Shown: positions 16,608 through 24,982 of the stretch, piece by piece
How the letters are laid out: each line of letters starts with the position of its first letter
How positions within the stretch are numbered: the stretch's first letter is position 1
From: Burkholderiales bacterium
GTDB lineage: Bacteria; Pseudomonadota; Gammaproteobacteria; Burkholderiales; Burkholderiaceae_C
DNA length: 33,042 nucleotides
Assembly (NCBI GenBank): GCA_031419575.1
Contig: JANOLC010000329.1
Span: forward strand, 1-33,042
Reading direction: 5' to 3'
The notes under the pieces: model-generated
The model's input: the letters and a program-made list of their open reading frames with translations, nothing else
Database searches by the model: none
Told to the model about the DNA's origin: nothing
Position numbers and translations under genes: made by a program

Positions 16608-17795
16608 TTACAGACCCGCCGCCGCGCGCAAGGCCTGAACCTTGTCCGTGCGCTCCCAGGTGAACTCGGGCTCTTCACGGCCAAAGTGGCCATAGGCGGC
16701 AGTCTTCTCGTAGATAGGGCGCAGCAAGTCCAGCATCTGGATGATGCCTTTGGGGCGCAGATCAAAGATGTCACCCTTGGCCACGATGGCGGACAACTTG
16801 TCGTCCGAGATCACGCCCGTGCCTTCAGTGTAGACCGTGATGTTCATCGGCTGTGCCACGCCAATCGCATAGGCCACCTGAATCTGGCACTGACGCGCCA
16901 AACCAGCTGCCACGATGTTCTTGGCCACATAACGTGCGGCGTAGGCAGCAGAGCGGTCCACCTTGCTGGGGTCTTTGCCGCTGAACGCGCCACCACCGTG
17001 TGGGCAAGCGCCGCCGTAGGTGTCCACAATGATCTTGCGCCCGGTCAGGCCGCAGTCGCCTTGCGGGCCGCCGATGACGAAACGCCCGGTAGGGTTGATT
17101 AAATAACGGGTGTTGACCAGCCATTCCTTGGGTAATACGGGCTTGATGATTTCTTCAATGACCGCTTCAATGAAAGACGCCTTCATCTTGGTAGGCGACT
17201 CGCTCTGGCTGGGGTCGTGCTGGCTGGAGAGCACCACGGTATCAATGCTGTGGGGCTTTCCGTCCACATAACGCATGGTGACCTGGCTCTTGGCATCTGG
17301 GCGCAGGAAGGGCAGGCGGCCATCTTTGCGCAGTTGCGCCTGGCGCTCGACCAGGCGGTGTGCGTAGTAGATGGGCGCTGGCATCAGCTCGGGCGTCTCG
17401 TTGCAGGCGTAGCCAAACATCAGGCCCTGGTCACCGGCACCGATGTTCAGATGGTCGTCGCTGGCATGGTCTACGCCTTGCGCGATGTCATTGGATTGCT
17501 TGTCGTAGGCCACCAGCACGGCGCAGCCCTTGTAGTCGATGCCGTAGTCGGTGTTGTCGTAGCCAATGCGTTTGATGGTGTCGCGGGCCACCTGGATGTA
17601 GTCCACATGCGCGTTGGTGGTGATCTCACCTGCCAGTACCACCAGACCGGTGTTGCACAGAGTTTCAGCCGCCACGCGAGACTTGGGGTCTTGCTTGAAA
17701 ATCGCGTCCAGAATCGCGTCAGAGATCTGGTCAGACACCTTGTCGGGGTGGCCTTCAGAGACGGATTCAGAGGTAAAGAGGAAATCGCTCGCCAT
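16608..17795 (-). CDS. metK: S-adenosylmethionine synthetase
   Basis: 395 aa. [33 protein letters not shown] and [19 protein letters not shown] are canonical MetK motifs. Confidence 0.97.
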   Translation of the reverse strand: MASDFLFTSESVSEGHPDKVSDQISDAILDAIFKQDPKSRVAAETLCNTGLVVLAGEITTNAHVDYIQVARDTIKRIGYDNTDYGIDYKGCAVLVAYDKQSNDIAQGVDHASDDHLNIGAGDQGLMFGYACNETPELMPAPIYYAHRLVERQAQLRKDGRLPFLRPDAKSQVTMRYVDGKPHSIDTVVLSSQHDPSQSESPTKMKASFIEAVIEEIIKPVLPKEWLVNTRYLINPTGRFVIGGPQGDCGLTGRKIIVDTYGGACPHGGGAFSGKDPSKVDRSAAYAARYVAKNIVAAGLARQCQIQVAYAIGVAQPMNITVYTEGTGVISDDKLSAIVAKGDIFDLRPKGIIQMLDLLRPIYEKTAAYGHFGREEPEFTWERTDKVQALRAAAGL

Positions 17796-17879
17796 TTAAA
17801 TAAACTCCAATCAAAAGTTAAGTCAACCATTAATTTGCGTTGCTTTGGCTTCGGAGCTTCGGCGAACGCTTTAGCAGAT

Positions 17880-17906
17880 TTGCCAAAATTTTGAAAAATT
17901 TGGCAA
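17880..17906. promoter_or_regulatory. Palindrome TTGCCAAA-N11-TTTGGCAA in the divergent metK / lpxL-like intergenic region (candidate operator)
   Basis: Perfect 8-bp inverted arms read directly from the sequence (ttgccaaaattttgaaaaatttggcaa). The binding factor is unknown. Confidence 0.35.
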
Positions 17907-18005
17907 GGCACAATGGCGAACTTTCGAATCTTGAAAGATAGCCCTCGCACGTGTCGCCCTGCAAGTAGTTCCATAACTCAGCGACCCCCGTATTTTATCT
18001 GACTG

Positions 18006-18836
18006 ATGAATTCCCTTTTTCGAATCTTCGCAATGCTTCCCCTGTGGCTGGTACACGGGCTGGGTTGGGCCTTGGGCTGGTTGGTCTTTCTGGCGTCGGG
18101 CGTTTACCGCAAGCGGTTTCTTGCCAATGCGATGCAAGCAGGCATAGCCCGGCGCAATAGGCTCACTGCTGTGGGCGAAGCGGGCAAGCTGGTCGCCGAA
18201 TTGCCCCGCCTTTGGCTGGGCGATCCGTTGGCCGTGCAATGGGATGGGTTTGAGCACATTGACACGGCGCTGGCGACGGGGCATGGCATCATTTTTCTGA
18301 CCCCACACCTAGGCTGTTTTGAAATAACCGCCCAAGCGTATGCGCAACGTTATGGCCAATCCAGCCAGCCCATGACCGTGTTGTACCGCCCACCGCGCCA
18401 GCGCTGGCTGCGCGAGATTGTGGCAAACGCCCGTCACCGGCCCGGGTTGGACACGGCCCCCACCACACTGGGTGGCGTCAAACAAATGCTCAAGGCCCTC
18501 AAACGGGGGCAGTCGTTGGGTCTGCTACCTGACCAAGTGCCACCAGTGGGCTTGGGGGTTTGGGTGCCATTTTTTGGACGCGATGCCTACACAATGACCC
18601 TCTCAGCCCGTTTGGCCCAGCAGTCTGGTGCCACCGTGTTGACAGCCTGGGGCGAGCGTTTGTCCTGGGGTCAGGGTTTTGCAGTGCATGTACGCCCCCT
18701 CGATGCGGCACTGCCCCCCAACCCGGTAGAGGCTGCCGTCGTCATCAACGCGGCAATGGAGCGTTTGATCATGGAATGCCCCGGCCAGTACCTGTGGGGT
18801 TATGCCCGCTTCAAGCAGCCGCGTGCTGAAGTGTGA
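18006..18836 (+). CDS. Lipid A biosynthesis acyltransferase, LpxL/HtrB family (paralog 1)
   Basis: 276 aa. N-terminal membrane anchor, FLTPHLGCFE (a variant of the catalytic H-x4-D/E motif), and the C-terminal QYLWGYARFK typical of the LpxL family. Classical position divergent from metK. Confidence 0.8.
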   Translation: MNSLFRIFAMLPLWLVHGLGWALGWLVFLASGVYRKRFLANAMQAGIARRNRLTAVGEAGKLVAELPRLWLGDPLAVQWDGFEHIDTALATGHGIIFLTPHLGCFEITAQAYAQRYGQSSQPMTVLYRPPRQRWLREIVANARHRPGLDTAPTTLGGVKQMLKALKRGQSLGLLPDQVPPVGLGVWVPFFGRDAYTMTLSARLAQQSGATVLTAWGERLSWGQGFAVHVRPLDAALPPNPVEAAVVINAAMERLIMECPGQYLWGYARFKQPRAEV

Positions 18837-18855
18837 GCACAAGCATGATCGAGAC

Positions 18856-19740
18856 ATGAAAAAGTTGAGTGTTTTCTTGAGCCACTGCGGCATTTTTTTC
18901 ATGCAGGTTCTGGGACGCTTACCTCTGTCATGGGTGCGCGCTTTGGGCTGGATTTTGGGGTGGGTGCTGTACGCCGTTGCGGTGCCTCGGCGCAGGGTGG
19001 TCTGGATCAACCTGCGCTTGTGTTTCCCGCAATGGACCGCCGACAAAACCCGAACCGTGGCGACCCAAACCTTCGTTCACTTCGCACAAGCCTGGTTGGA
19101 CCGTGGCTGGTTATGGCATGGCTCACAGACAACTGCCAGGAGGCGACTGCGCATCCACGGTGCGGTTCATGCGTTGGAGGGCGACGGTGCCGTCGTCATT
19201 TTTGCGCCCCATTTCGTTGGGTTGGATGCAGGTTGGACGGCGTTGACCCAGCAAATCCCGCGCCGCTTCACCACCATTTATTCGCACCAAGCCAACCCGG
19301 TGGTGGACGATTGGGTGTTTGCAGGACGCCAACGGTTTGGTGAGGCCACGCTATTTGATCGGTTGGCAGGCCCCAAGCCGGTGTTGACCGCTTTGCGCAC
19401 CGGAGAGGCTTTGTATTTGCTGCCTGACATGAACTACGGCTTGCCCGAGTCCATTTTTGTGCCGTTTTATGGTATGCCTGCGGCGACGGTCACGTCACTG
19501 TCCCGCCTTGCCAAACTGGGCAAAGCCACGGTGGTCCCAGTGGTCACGCGCCTGACGCCCAGCGGTTACGACGTGGAGGTCATGCCCGCCTGGCGGGATG
19601 TGCCCAGCGATGACGTAGGTGCGGATACCCTCACCATGAACCAGCGGCTGGAAGGCTATGTGGACACCATGCCCAACCAGTACTACTGGGTTCACAAACG
19701 ATTCAAAGACCAGCCGCCAGGGTCGCCGTCGGTCTATTGA
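18856..19740 (+). CDS. Lipid A biosynthesis acyltransferase, LpxL/LpxM family (paralog 2)
   Basis: Start set at ATG 18856 (MKKLSVFLSH). Contains FAPHFVGLD (HX4D) and the C-terminal QYYWVHKRFK. 294 aa. Confidence 0.8.
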   Translation: MKKLSVFLSHCGIFFMQVLGRLPLSWVRALGWILGWVLYAVAVPRRRVVWINLRLCFPQWTADKTRTVATQTFVHFAQAWLDRGWLWHGSQTTARRRLRIHGAVHALEGDGAVVIFAPHFVGLDAGWTALTQQIPRRFTTIYSHQANPVVDDWVFAGRQRFGEATLFDRLAGPKPVLTALRTGEALYLLPDMNYGLPESIFVPFYGMPAATVTSLSRLAKLGKATVVPVVTRLTPSGYDVEVMPAWRDVPSDDVGADTLTMNQRLEGYVDTMPNQYYWVHKRFKDQPPGSPSVY

Positions 19741-20431
19741 TTTTGGGGTGAGCCCAGTCCCACAGCAGCATCGACACATCGTCAATGCCGATGCGTTTGG
19801 GCGCTGAAAACAATCGCACTTCGCCGCCACCCGATTGCAGCTTCATGATGGACAGGGCCTTGATCTGCTCAGACTTGTTCAGCTTGTCGGCTTTGGTCAA
19901 TACCACCAAAAACTTCAAGCCTTCGATCACGCGGGGGCGAATCACGTCCAGCAAAATTTCGTCCAACTCGGTCAATCCATGGCGCGGGTCGCACATCAGC
20001 ACGATGGCTTTGAGGTTTTCGCGCGTCACCAGGTAATTGGCCATCACCTGCTGCCAGCGGATCTTGTCCTGCTTGGGCACAGAGGCGTAGCCATAACCCG
20101 GCAAATCGGCCAAAACTGCGTCGGTGATGCCCTGTTTGCCCAGCGTGAACAGGTTGATACTTTGGGTGCGTCCCGGTTTTTTGGACGCAAATGCCAACTG
20201 TTTTTGCTGTGTCAACGTATTGATACAGGTGGACTTGCCCGCGTTGGAGCGGCCCACAAAGGCGATCTCGGGAACCTCCAGCGCCGGCAAAAAATGCAGT
20301 TGAGGCGCAGTGGTCAGAAATTTGGCGGTGTGCAACCAGCCGGTAGCGACCAGCGCTTGCGCTTTGGTTTCTACCGGGGGGGACTGGGGTGCGCTGGGCG
20401 CAGAGGGCGTTGGGTTTGTATTGGTGGTCAT
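19703..20431 (-). CDS. engB: Ribosome-biogenesis GTPase EngB/YihA
   Basis: 242 aa. G1 motif GRSNAGKST, then DLPGYG and TKADK. Its 3' end overlaps the second lpxL paralog by 38 nt (convergent). Confidence 0.9.
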   Translation of the reverse strand: MTTNTNPTPSAPSAPQSPPVETKAQALVATGWLHTAKFLTTAPQLHFLPALEVPEIAFVGRSNAGKSTCINTLTQQKQLAFASKKPGRTQSINLFTLGKQGITDAVLADLPGYGYASVPKQDKIRWQQVMANYLVTRENLKAIVLMCDPRHGLTELDEILLDVIRPRVIEGLKFLVVLTKADKLNKSEQIKALSIMKLQSGGGEVRLFSAPKRIGIDDVSMLLWDWAHPKINRPTATLAAGL

Positions 20432-20514
20432 TGCTACTTAAGGGGAAAACCCATATCGCCATTGTAGAATCATGCTGTTTTGCACCTCTGACCAGACACG
20501 ATACGACACTCCTT

Positions 20515-21204
20515 ATGAAGCTGCTTGCCCATCTGTTTACCCCCTTGCTGCTGGCTTCTGCCGTAGCCTTGACTTCTTATTCCGCCATCGCGCAAGAGGT
20601 CAAATCTGCTGCTCCCGCGGCTGAAGTCAAAGCCGAGGCCAAGCCTGCTGAAGCAAAAATCGCCAAACCAGACTTGACCAAAGGAGAGGCTAGCTACACG
20701 GCCGTTTGTGCCGCTTGCCACGCGGCAGATGGCAACTCTGGTACCCCTGCCAACCCCAAACTGGCGCAGCAGCACCCTGAATACCTGATCAAACAATTGC
20801 AGGAATTCAAATCCGGCAAGCGCAACAACGCCATCATGAAGGGTTTTGCCAGCACGTTGAGCGAAGACGACATGCGTAACATCGCGTACTGGGCCACTTC
20901 CAAGAAGGCCAAGCCCGGTTTTGCCAAAGAAAAAGAGCTGGTCACCCTGGGTGAACGTATTTACCGTGGTGGCATTGCCGACCGCCAAGTGCCAGCCTGT
21001 GCGGGTTGCCACAGCCCAAATGGCGCGGGCATTCCATCGCAATACCCACGCTTGAGCGGCCAGCACGCTGACTATGCGATTGCCCAGCTCACCGCGTTCA
21101 GGGACGGTGTTCGCAAGAACAGTCTGCAAATGTCGCAAGTGGCGGCCAAGTTGAATGACCGTGAGATCAAGGCCGTGGCCGATTACGTCGCCGGGCTGCG
21201 ATAG
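20515..21204 (+). CDS. Dihaem cytochrome c4
   Basis: Start set at ATG 20515 (signal peptide [27 protein letters not shown]). Two CxxCH motifs (CAACH, CAGCH). 229 aa. Classical engB-divergent position. Confidence 0.9.
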   Translation: MKLLAHLFTPLLLASAVALTSYSAIAQEVKSAAPAAEVKAEAKPAEAKIAKPDLTKGEASYTAVCAACHAADGNSGTPANPKLAQQHPEYLIKQLQEFKSGKRNNAIMKGFASTLSEDDMRNIAYWATSKKAKPGFAKEKELVTLGERIYRGGIADRQVPACAGCHSPNGAGIPSQYPRLSGQHADYAIAQLTAFRDGVRKNSLQMSQVAAKLNDREIKAVADYVAGLR

Positions 21205-21259
21205 GTCTTATTGCAAGGGATCTGTATCGCCAGGGAACTATTTCGGGGTTTTGACCCCC

Positions 21260-21300
21260 AAAAAAGGCGGACCAGTCTCTGATTGGTCCGCCTTTTTTTA
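21260..21300. terminator. Rho-independent terminator, bidirectional in appearance
   Basis: A 9-bp GC-rich stem (GGCGGACCA at 21266-21274 pairing with TGGTCCGCC at 21284-21292) and a 9-nt loop. It is followed by T7 and preceded by A6. It lies downstream of the cytochrome c4 gene. Confidence 0.8.
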
Positions 21301-21367
21301 TTCCTGCCCTGCTTGTAAGAAATCGCTATCGATATCTACTAACAGGGAATATTTCAAAGGAGACTTC

Positions 21368-22372
21368 ATGCTGATCAAAACAGGCAACGACGGTTTCATC
21401 CATTCGATCTCCAGTGAGATCACAAGCGCTGCGGCCTATCAGGGGCGGCGTGATGCCCTGAAGCTGATGGCGACTGGGGTTGCCGGTGTGGCGATGGCCT
21501 CTTGGGCTTCGCGTGAGGCGTTGGCGCAAGGCGTGGTGCCCCGGCCCGGCAAGCTGGCCGCCTTGGCCGGTGCGAAGTCCTCTGTCGCTGGCGCAGTCAC
21601 CATGGAAAAGCTGACCGACTACAAAGATGCCAGCACCTACAACAACTTCTATGAATTTGGCACTGACAAAGCCGACCCCGGCAAAAACGCCCATACCCTG
21701 AAAACCACGCCGTGGACGGTTGAGGTGGAAGGCCTGGTCAAGAAACCTGCCAAGTACACGCTGGAAGACTTGCTCAAGCTCAGCGCGCAGGAAGAGCGCA
21801 TCTACCGGCTGCGTTGCGTCGAGGGCTGGTCCATGGTGATTCCGTGGGTGGGTTATTCACTGTCCGAGCTCATTAAAAAGGTGGAGCCCACGGGTAGCGC
21901 CAAGTACGTGGAATTCATTACCCAGGTCGACTCCAAAACCATGCCGTTTGTCGGCTCTCGCGTTCTGGACTGGCCCTACGTGGAAGGACTTCGGCTGGAT
22001 GAAGCCATGAACCCATTGACGCTTTTGACCTTTGGCATGTACGGCGAAGTGCTGCCGAACCAGAGCGGTGCACCCGTTCGTTTGGTGGTGCCGTGGAAAT
22101 ACGGCTTCAAAAGCGGCAAGAGTCTGGTCAAGATTCGCTTCACCGACAAAGAGCCCAAAACCGCCTGGAACAAGGCCGCAGCCAGCGAATACGGCTTCTA
22201 TTCCAACGTCAACCCCGATGTGGACCACCCCCGCTGGAGCCAGGCGACCGAGCGTCGCATCGGTGAAGAGGGCGGTCTGTTTGCCAAAAAACGCAAGACG
22301 CTGATGTTCAACGGCTACGAAGCCCAGGTCGGCCAGTTGTATGCGGGCATGGACCTGAAAAAGAACTTCTGA
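21368..22372 (+). CDS. msrP: Protein-methionine-sulfoxide reductase, molybdopterin catalytic subunit MsrP (YedY)
   Basis: Start set at ATG 21368 with AAAGGAG upstream. Tat-like signal ([18 protein letters not shown]). Contains [25 protein letters not shown] and [14 protein letters not shown]. Confidence 0.9.
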   Translation: MLIKTGNDGFIHSISSEITSAAAYQGRRDALKLMATGVAGVAMASWASREALAQGVVPRPGKLAALAGAKSSVAGAVTMEKLTDYKDASTYNNFYEFGTDKADPGKNAHTLKTTPWTVEVEGLVKKPAKYTLEDLLKLSAQEERIYRLRCVEGWSMVIPWVGYSLSELIKKVEPTGSAKYVEFITQVDSKTMPFVGSRVLDWPYVEGLRLDEAMNPLTLLTFGMYGEVLPNQSGAPVRLVVPWKYGFKSGKSLVKIRFTDKEPKTAWNKAAASEYGFYSNVNPDVDHPRWSQATERRIGEEGGLFAKKRKTLMFNGYEAQVGQLYAGMDLKKNF

Positions 22373-23064
22373 TGGATAGCGGCACCGCACCCGCCATGGC
22401 CACCGTGATCGCTACCAAGCTTGGTAAGGCCCTGCTGCGGCCTACAGCCAAACCGCTGCTGTTTGCGCTGTGCCTTCTGCCATTTGCGTGGTTGCTGTAC
22501 GCGGCCCTTGCCAATCAGCTCGGGGCCAACCCGGCGGAAGCTTTGGTTCGGTCAACGGGCGACTGGACGCTGCGGTTCTTGTGCGTCGTGCTGGCGGTGA
22601 CACCCCTTCGTGTGATGTTGAAAGTACCCGCGCTGGCCCGGTTTCGCCGGATGCTGGGGTTGTTTGTGTATTTTTATGTCGTGGTGCATCTGCTGAGCTA
22701 CAGCTGGTTTGACATGGGTTTTGATGTGGGTGACATCGCCCGCGACATCATCAAGCGCCCGTTTATTCTGGTGGGGTTCAGTGCCTTTGTTTTGCTGACC
22801 CCGCTGGCGGCCACGTCGTTCAACCGGGCCATCAAGGTGCTGGGAGCTAGGCGCTGGCAGCTGCTGCACAAGCTGGTCTACGGCGTGGCGGTGTTGGGCA
22901 TCCTTCACTTCTTCTGGATGCGGGCTGGCAAAAATAACTTTGCCGAGGTGCTGGTTTATGCCGCTATCCTCGCAGCCTTGCTGGGGTGGCGTTTGGTCGA
23001 GTTAATGAAGAAAAAGACCAGAAAGTCCCCGTCAAATATCAATAGTTCGCTATCAACTCGATAG
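22372..23064 (+). CDS. msrQ: Haem-binding membrane subunit MsrQ (YedZ)
   Basis: The ATG overlaps the msrP stop (TGATG). Polytopic protein with the conserved His-containing helices of the ferric-reductase-like family. The last 13-18 or so codons and the TAG stop lie within repeat copy E or its AT-rich flank (from about 23005). Confidence 0.85.
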   Translation: MDSGTAPAMATVIATKLGKALLRPTAKPLLFALCLLPFAWLLYAALANQLGANPAEALVRSTGDWTLRFLCVVLAVTPLRVMLKVPALARFRRMLGLFVYFYVVVHLLSYSWFDMGFDVGDIARDIIKRPFILVGFSAFVLLTPLAATSFNRAIKVLGARRWQLLHKLVYGVAVLGILHFFWMRAGKNNFAEVLVYAAILAALLGWRLVELMKKKTRKSPSNINSSLSTR

Positions 23065-23067
23065 CAT
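23023..23067 (-). repeat. Repeat copy E (core, reverse orientation), at the 3' end of msrQ
   Basis: The reverse complement reads ATGCT-ATCGAGTTGAT-AGCGA-ACTATTGATATTTG-ACGGGGACTT. It is translated in msrQ as KSPSNINSSLSTR followed by the stop. Confidence 0.85.
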
Positions 23068-23094
23068 CAATCTGACCGAGGTCTGGCCTTCAAG

Positions 23095-24390
23095 TCAGAC
23101 CGCAAACGGCAACCGCTCGTTGCGAATCTGGTCAGCCAGGGTTTCGCGTTGGCGAATCACGTAGGCCTGGTCGCCATCCACCAGCACCTCTGTGGCGCGA
23201 CCGCGTGAGTTGTAATTACTGGCCATGCTCATGCAGTAAGCCCCAGCGGACAACACCGCCAGCAAGTCCCCTGGCTGCACGGCCAGGTCGCGGTCATGGC
23301 CAATCCAGTCGCCACTCTCACAAATGGGGCCCACCACCTCCCAAGTGGTCGTGACATCGGCGCGCGGCTTGAGTGGGACGATGTTGTGGAAGGCCTGGTA
23401 CATGGCGGGGCGAGGCAGGTCGTTCATGGCCGCGTCGATGATCAAAAAGTTTTTCTGCTCACCCGGTTTTAAATACAAGGCCTCGGTCAAGCACACCCCG
23501 GCGTTACCCACCAGCGAGCGGCCTGGTTCAATCATCAGTTGGCGCTGACCAAAGCCACGCGCGTCCAGCTTGGTCAGCATGGCAACCCACAAGGCATCGG
23601 CTTGGGGTGGCTCGTCACCGCTGTAGTTGATGCCCAGACCGCCGCCAAAGTCGATGTGGCGAACGGGGATGCCTGCGGCTTCAATGGCCTCGACCAAGTC
23701 CAGCATGCGGTCAACGGCATCCAGATACGGGTCGATTTGGGTGATTTGCGAGCCAATGTGGCAGTCAATGCCCATCACCTGCAGCCCGGCCAGCCCGGCT
23801 GCCCGCTGGTAGGTGTGCACCACGCGCTCATGAGCGACACCGAACTTGTTGCCTTTGAGGCCGGTGGAAATATAGGGGTGTGTCTTGGGGTCCACATTGG
23901 GGTTGACGCGAATGCTGACGGGTGCCCGTTTGCCGCACGACAAGGCGACTTCGTTAAGCACGTCCAGCTCCGGTTCGCTTTCCACATTGAAGCAACCAAT
24001 GCCTACCTCCAGCGCGCGTTGCATCTCGTTTCTGGTTTTGCCGACGCCCGAGAAGATGATTTTGCGGGCATCAGCCCCAGCGGCCAGCACACGCTCCAAC
24101 TCACCGCCCGACACGATATCAAAGCCGCAGCCCGCTTGCACAAATACCTGAATCACTCCGAGCGCCGGATTGGCTTTCATGGCGTAGCAAATCTGAACTT
24201 TGCGCCCGGCAAAACCGCGTTGGTAGGCGGCTAAGGCTGCCAGCATGGATGCTTTGGAATAGACAAACAAAGGCGTGCCGTGCTGTTGGGCCAGTCTTGC
24301 CAGCGGTAGTCGCTCTAAATGCAGTTGGTCACCTTGGTAGGCAATGTGGGGGTGGCCGGGCAAGTTTTGGGCGTTCATGGGGACATTCAT
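23095..24390 (-). CDS. lysA: Diaminopimelate decarboxylase
   Basis: Start set at ATG 24390, with ATG 24378 as an alternative. The longer ORF-track N-terminus overlaps the lptM-like gene in another frame. Contains YAMKANP (PLP lysine) and a C-terminal CESGD motif. About 431 aa. Confidence 0.92.
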   Translation of the reverse strand: MNVPMNAQNLPGHPHIAYQGDQLHLERLPLARLAQQHGTPLFVYSKASMLAALAAYQRGFAGRKVQICYAMKANPALGVIQVFVQAGCGFDIVSGGELERVLAAGADARKIIFSGVGKTRNEMQRALEVGIGCFNVESEPELDVLNEVALSCGKRAPVSIRVNPNVDPKTHPYISTGLKGNKFGVAHERVVHTYQRAAGLAGLQVMGIDCHIGSQITQIDPYLDAVDRMLDLVEAIEAAGIPVRHIDFGGGLGINYSGDEPPQADALWVAMLTKLDARGFGQRQLMIEPGRSLVGNAGVCLTEALYLKPGEQKNFLIIDAAMNDLPRPAMYQAFHNIVPLKPRADVTTTWEVVGPICESGDWIGHDRDLAVQPGDLLAVLSAGAYCMSMASNYNSRGRATEVLVDGDQAYVIRQRETLADQIRNERLPFAV

Positions 24391-24397
24391 GGGGCGT

Positions 24398-24640
24398 TCA
24401 GGGGATGTTCGCAGGCTGAGCAGCCGCAGAATTTCGCGTTGTAGTTGGAGTGACTTTAGAAGGCGGTGATGGGGTTGCCGATGTGCCGGGTTTAAGTGTT
24501 TGCGGCAAGGTGGCACGCTGGGCGGCGGCAGCTTCGGTGGGCAAATAAAGAGCTCCCGTTTGACCACAGGCGCTCAGAGTCGTCGCGCAAACCATCGCAA
24601 GGATTCGGAGACTGACTAAAATTTGACTAATTTGCAACAT
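24398..24640 (-). CDS. lptM: Small LptM/YifL-like lipoprotein
   Basis: Internal start ATG 24640 gives [36 protein letters not shown]. This has the lipobox LSAC followed by G..G.LYLP, the signature of LptM-type lipopeptides, then a Pro/Thr/Ala-rich tail. Its stop is 7 nt before lysA. It is divergent from cyaY, as in the E. coli cyaY / yifL-dapF arrangement. Confidence 0.6.
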   Translation of the reverse strand: MLQISQILVSLRILAMVCATTLSACGQTGALYLPTEAAAAQRATLPQTLKPGTSATPSPPSKVTPTTTRNSAAAQPANIP

Positions 24641-24652
24641 GTGGAAATTGTA

Positions 24653-24982
24653 ATGACTGACCCTGAATTCATGGACCGTGCCGAGACAGCGCTTAAACGC
24701 ATTGAGGCCTGTTGTGACCGCATCAACGACGAGAGTGATGTGGATGTGGACAACCAGCGCACGGGCGGCATGATCACGCTGGTGTTCAGCAACAAGAGCC
24801 AGATCGTCATCAACCTGCAAAAGCCGCTGCATGAAATCTGGCTGGCGGCGAAATCAGGGGGCTACCACTACAAATTTGATAGCAAAGAATGGCGTGATAC
24901 CAAGGACTCCAGCGAGTTTTTTGCCCAGTTGACGCGCCAGGCGAGTGCGCAGGCCGGGTGTGAGCTTAGCTTTGCACTTTGA
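24653..24982 (+). CDS. cyaY: Frataxin homologue CyaY (iron-sulfur cluster assembly)
   Basis: Start set at ATG 24653 ([18 protein letters not shown]). Contains [24 protein letters not shown], the conserved CyaY core. 109 aa. Confidence 0.9.
   Translation: MTDPEFMDRAETALKRIEACCDRINDESDVDVDNQRTGGMITLVFSNKSQIVINLQKPLHEIWLAAKSGGYHYKFDSKEWRDTKDSSEFFAQLTRQASAQAGCELSFAL

Noticed and set aside
17217-17894. 225-aa ORF antisense to metK
   Set aside because: The opposite strand is canonical MetK. This ORF is a shadow ORF.
17796-18005. SAM riboswitch in the metK leader
   Set aside because: The leader is long, but I could not recognise SAM-I, SAM-II or SAM/SAH consensus elements. Only the palindrome reported above stands out.
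19835-21138. ORFs antisense to engB and to cytochrome c4 (19835-20467 on the plus strand, 20470-21138 on the minus strand)
   Set aside because: Both lie opposite well-supported genes and have low-complexity, Arg/Gly-rich products.
23071-23099. Hairpin TCTGAC-N17-GTCAGA between msrQ and lysA, considered as a bidirectional terminator
   Set aside because: The stem is only 6 bp with a large loop and no flanking U tracts. This is too weak to call.
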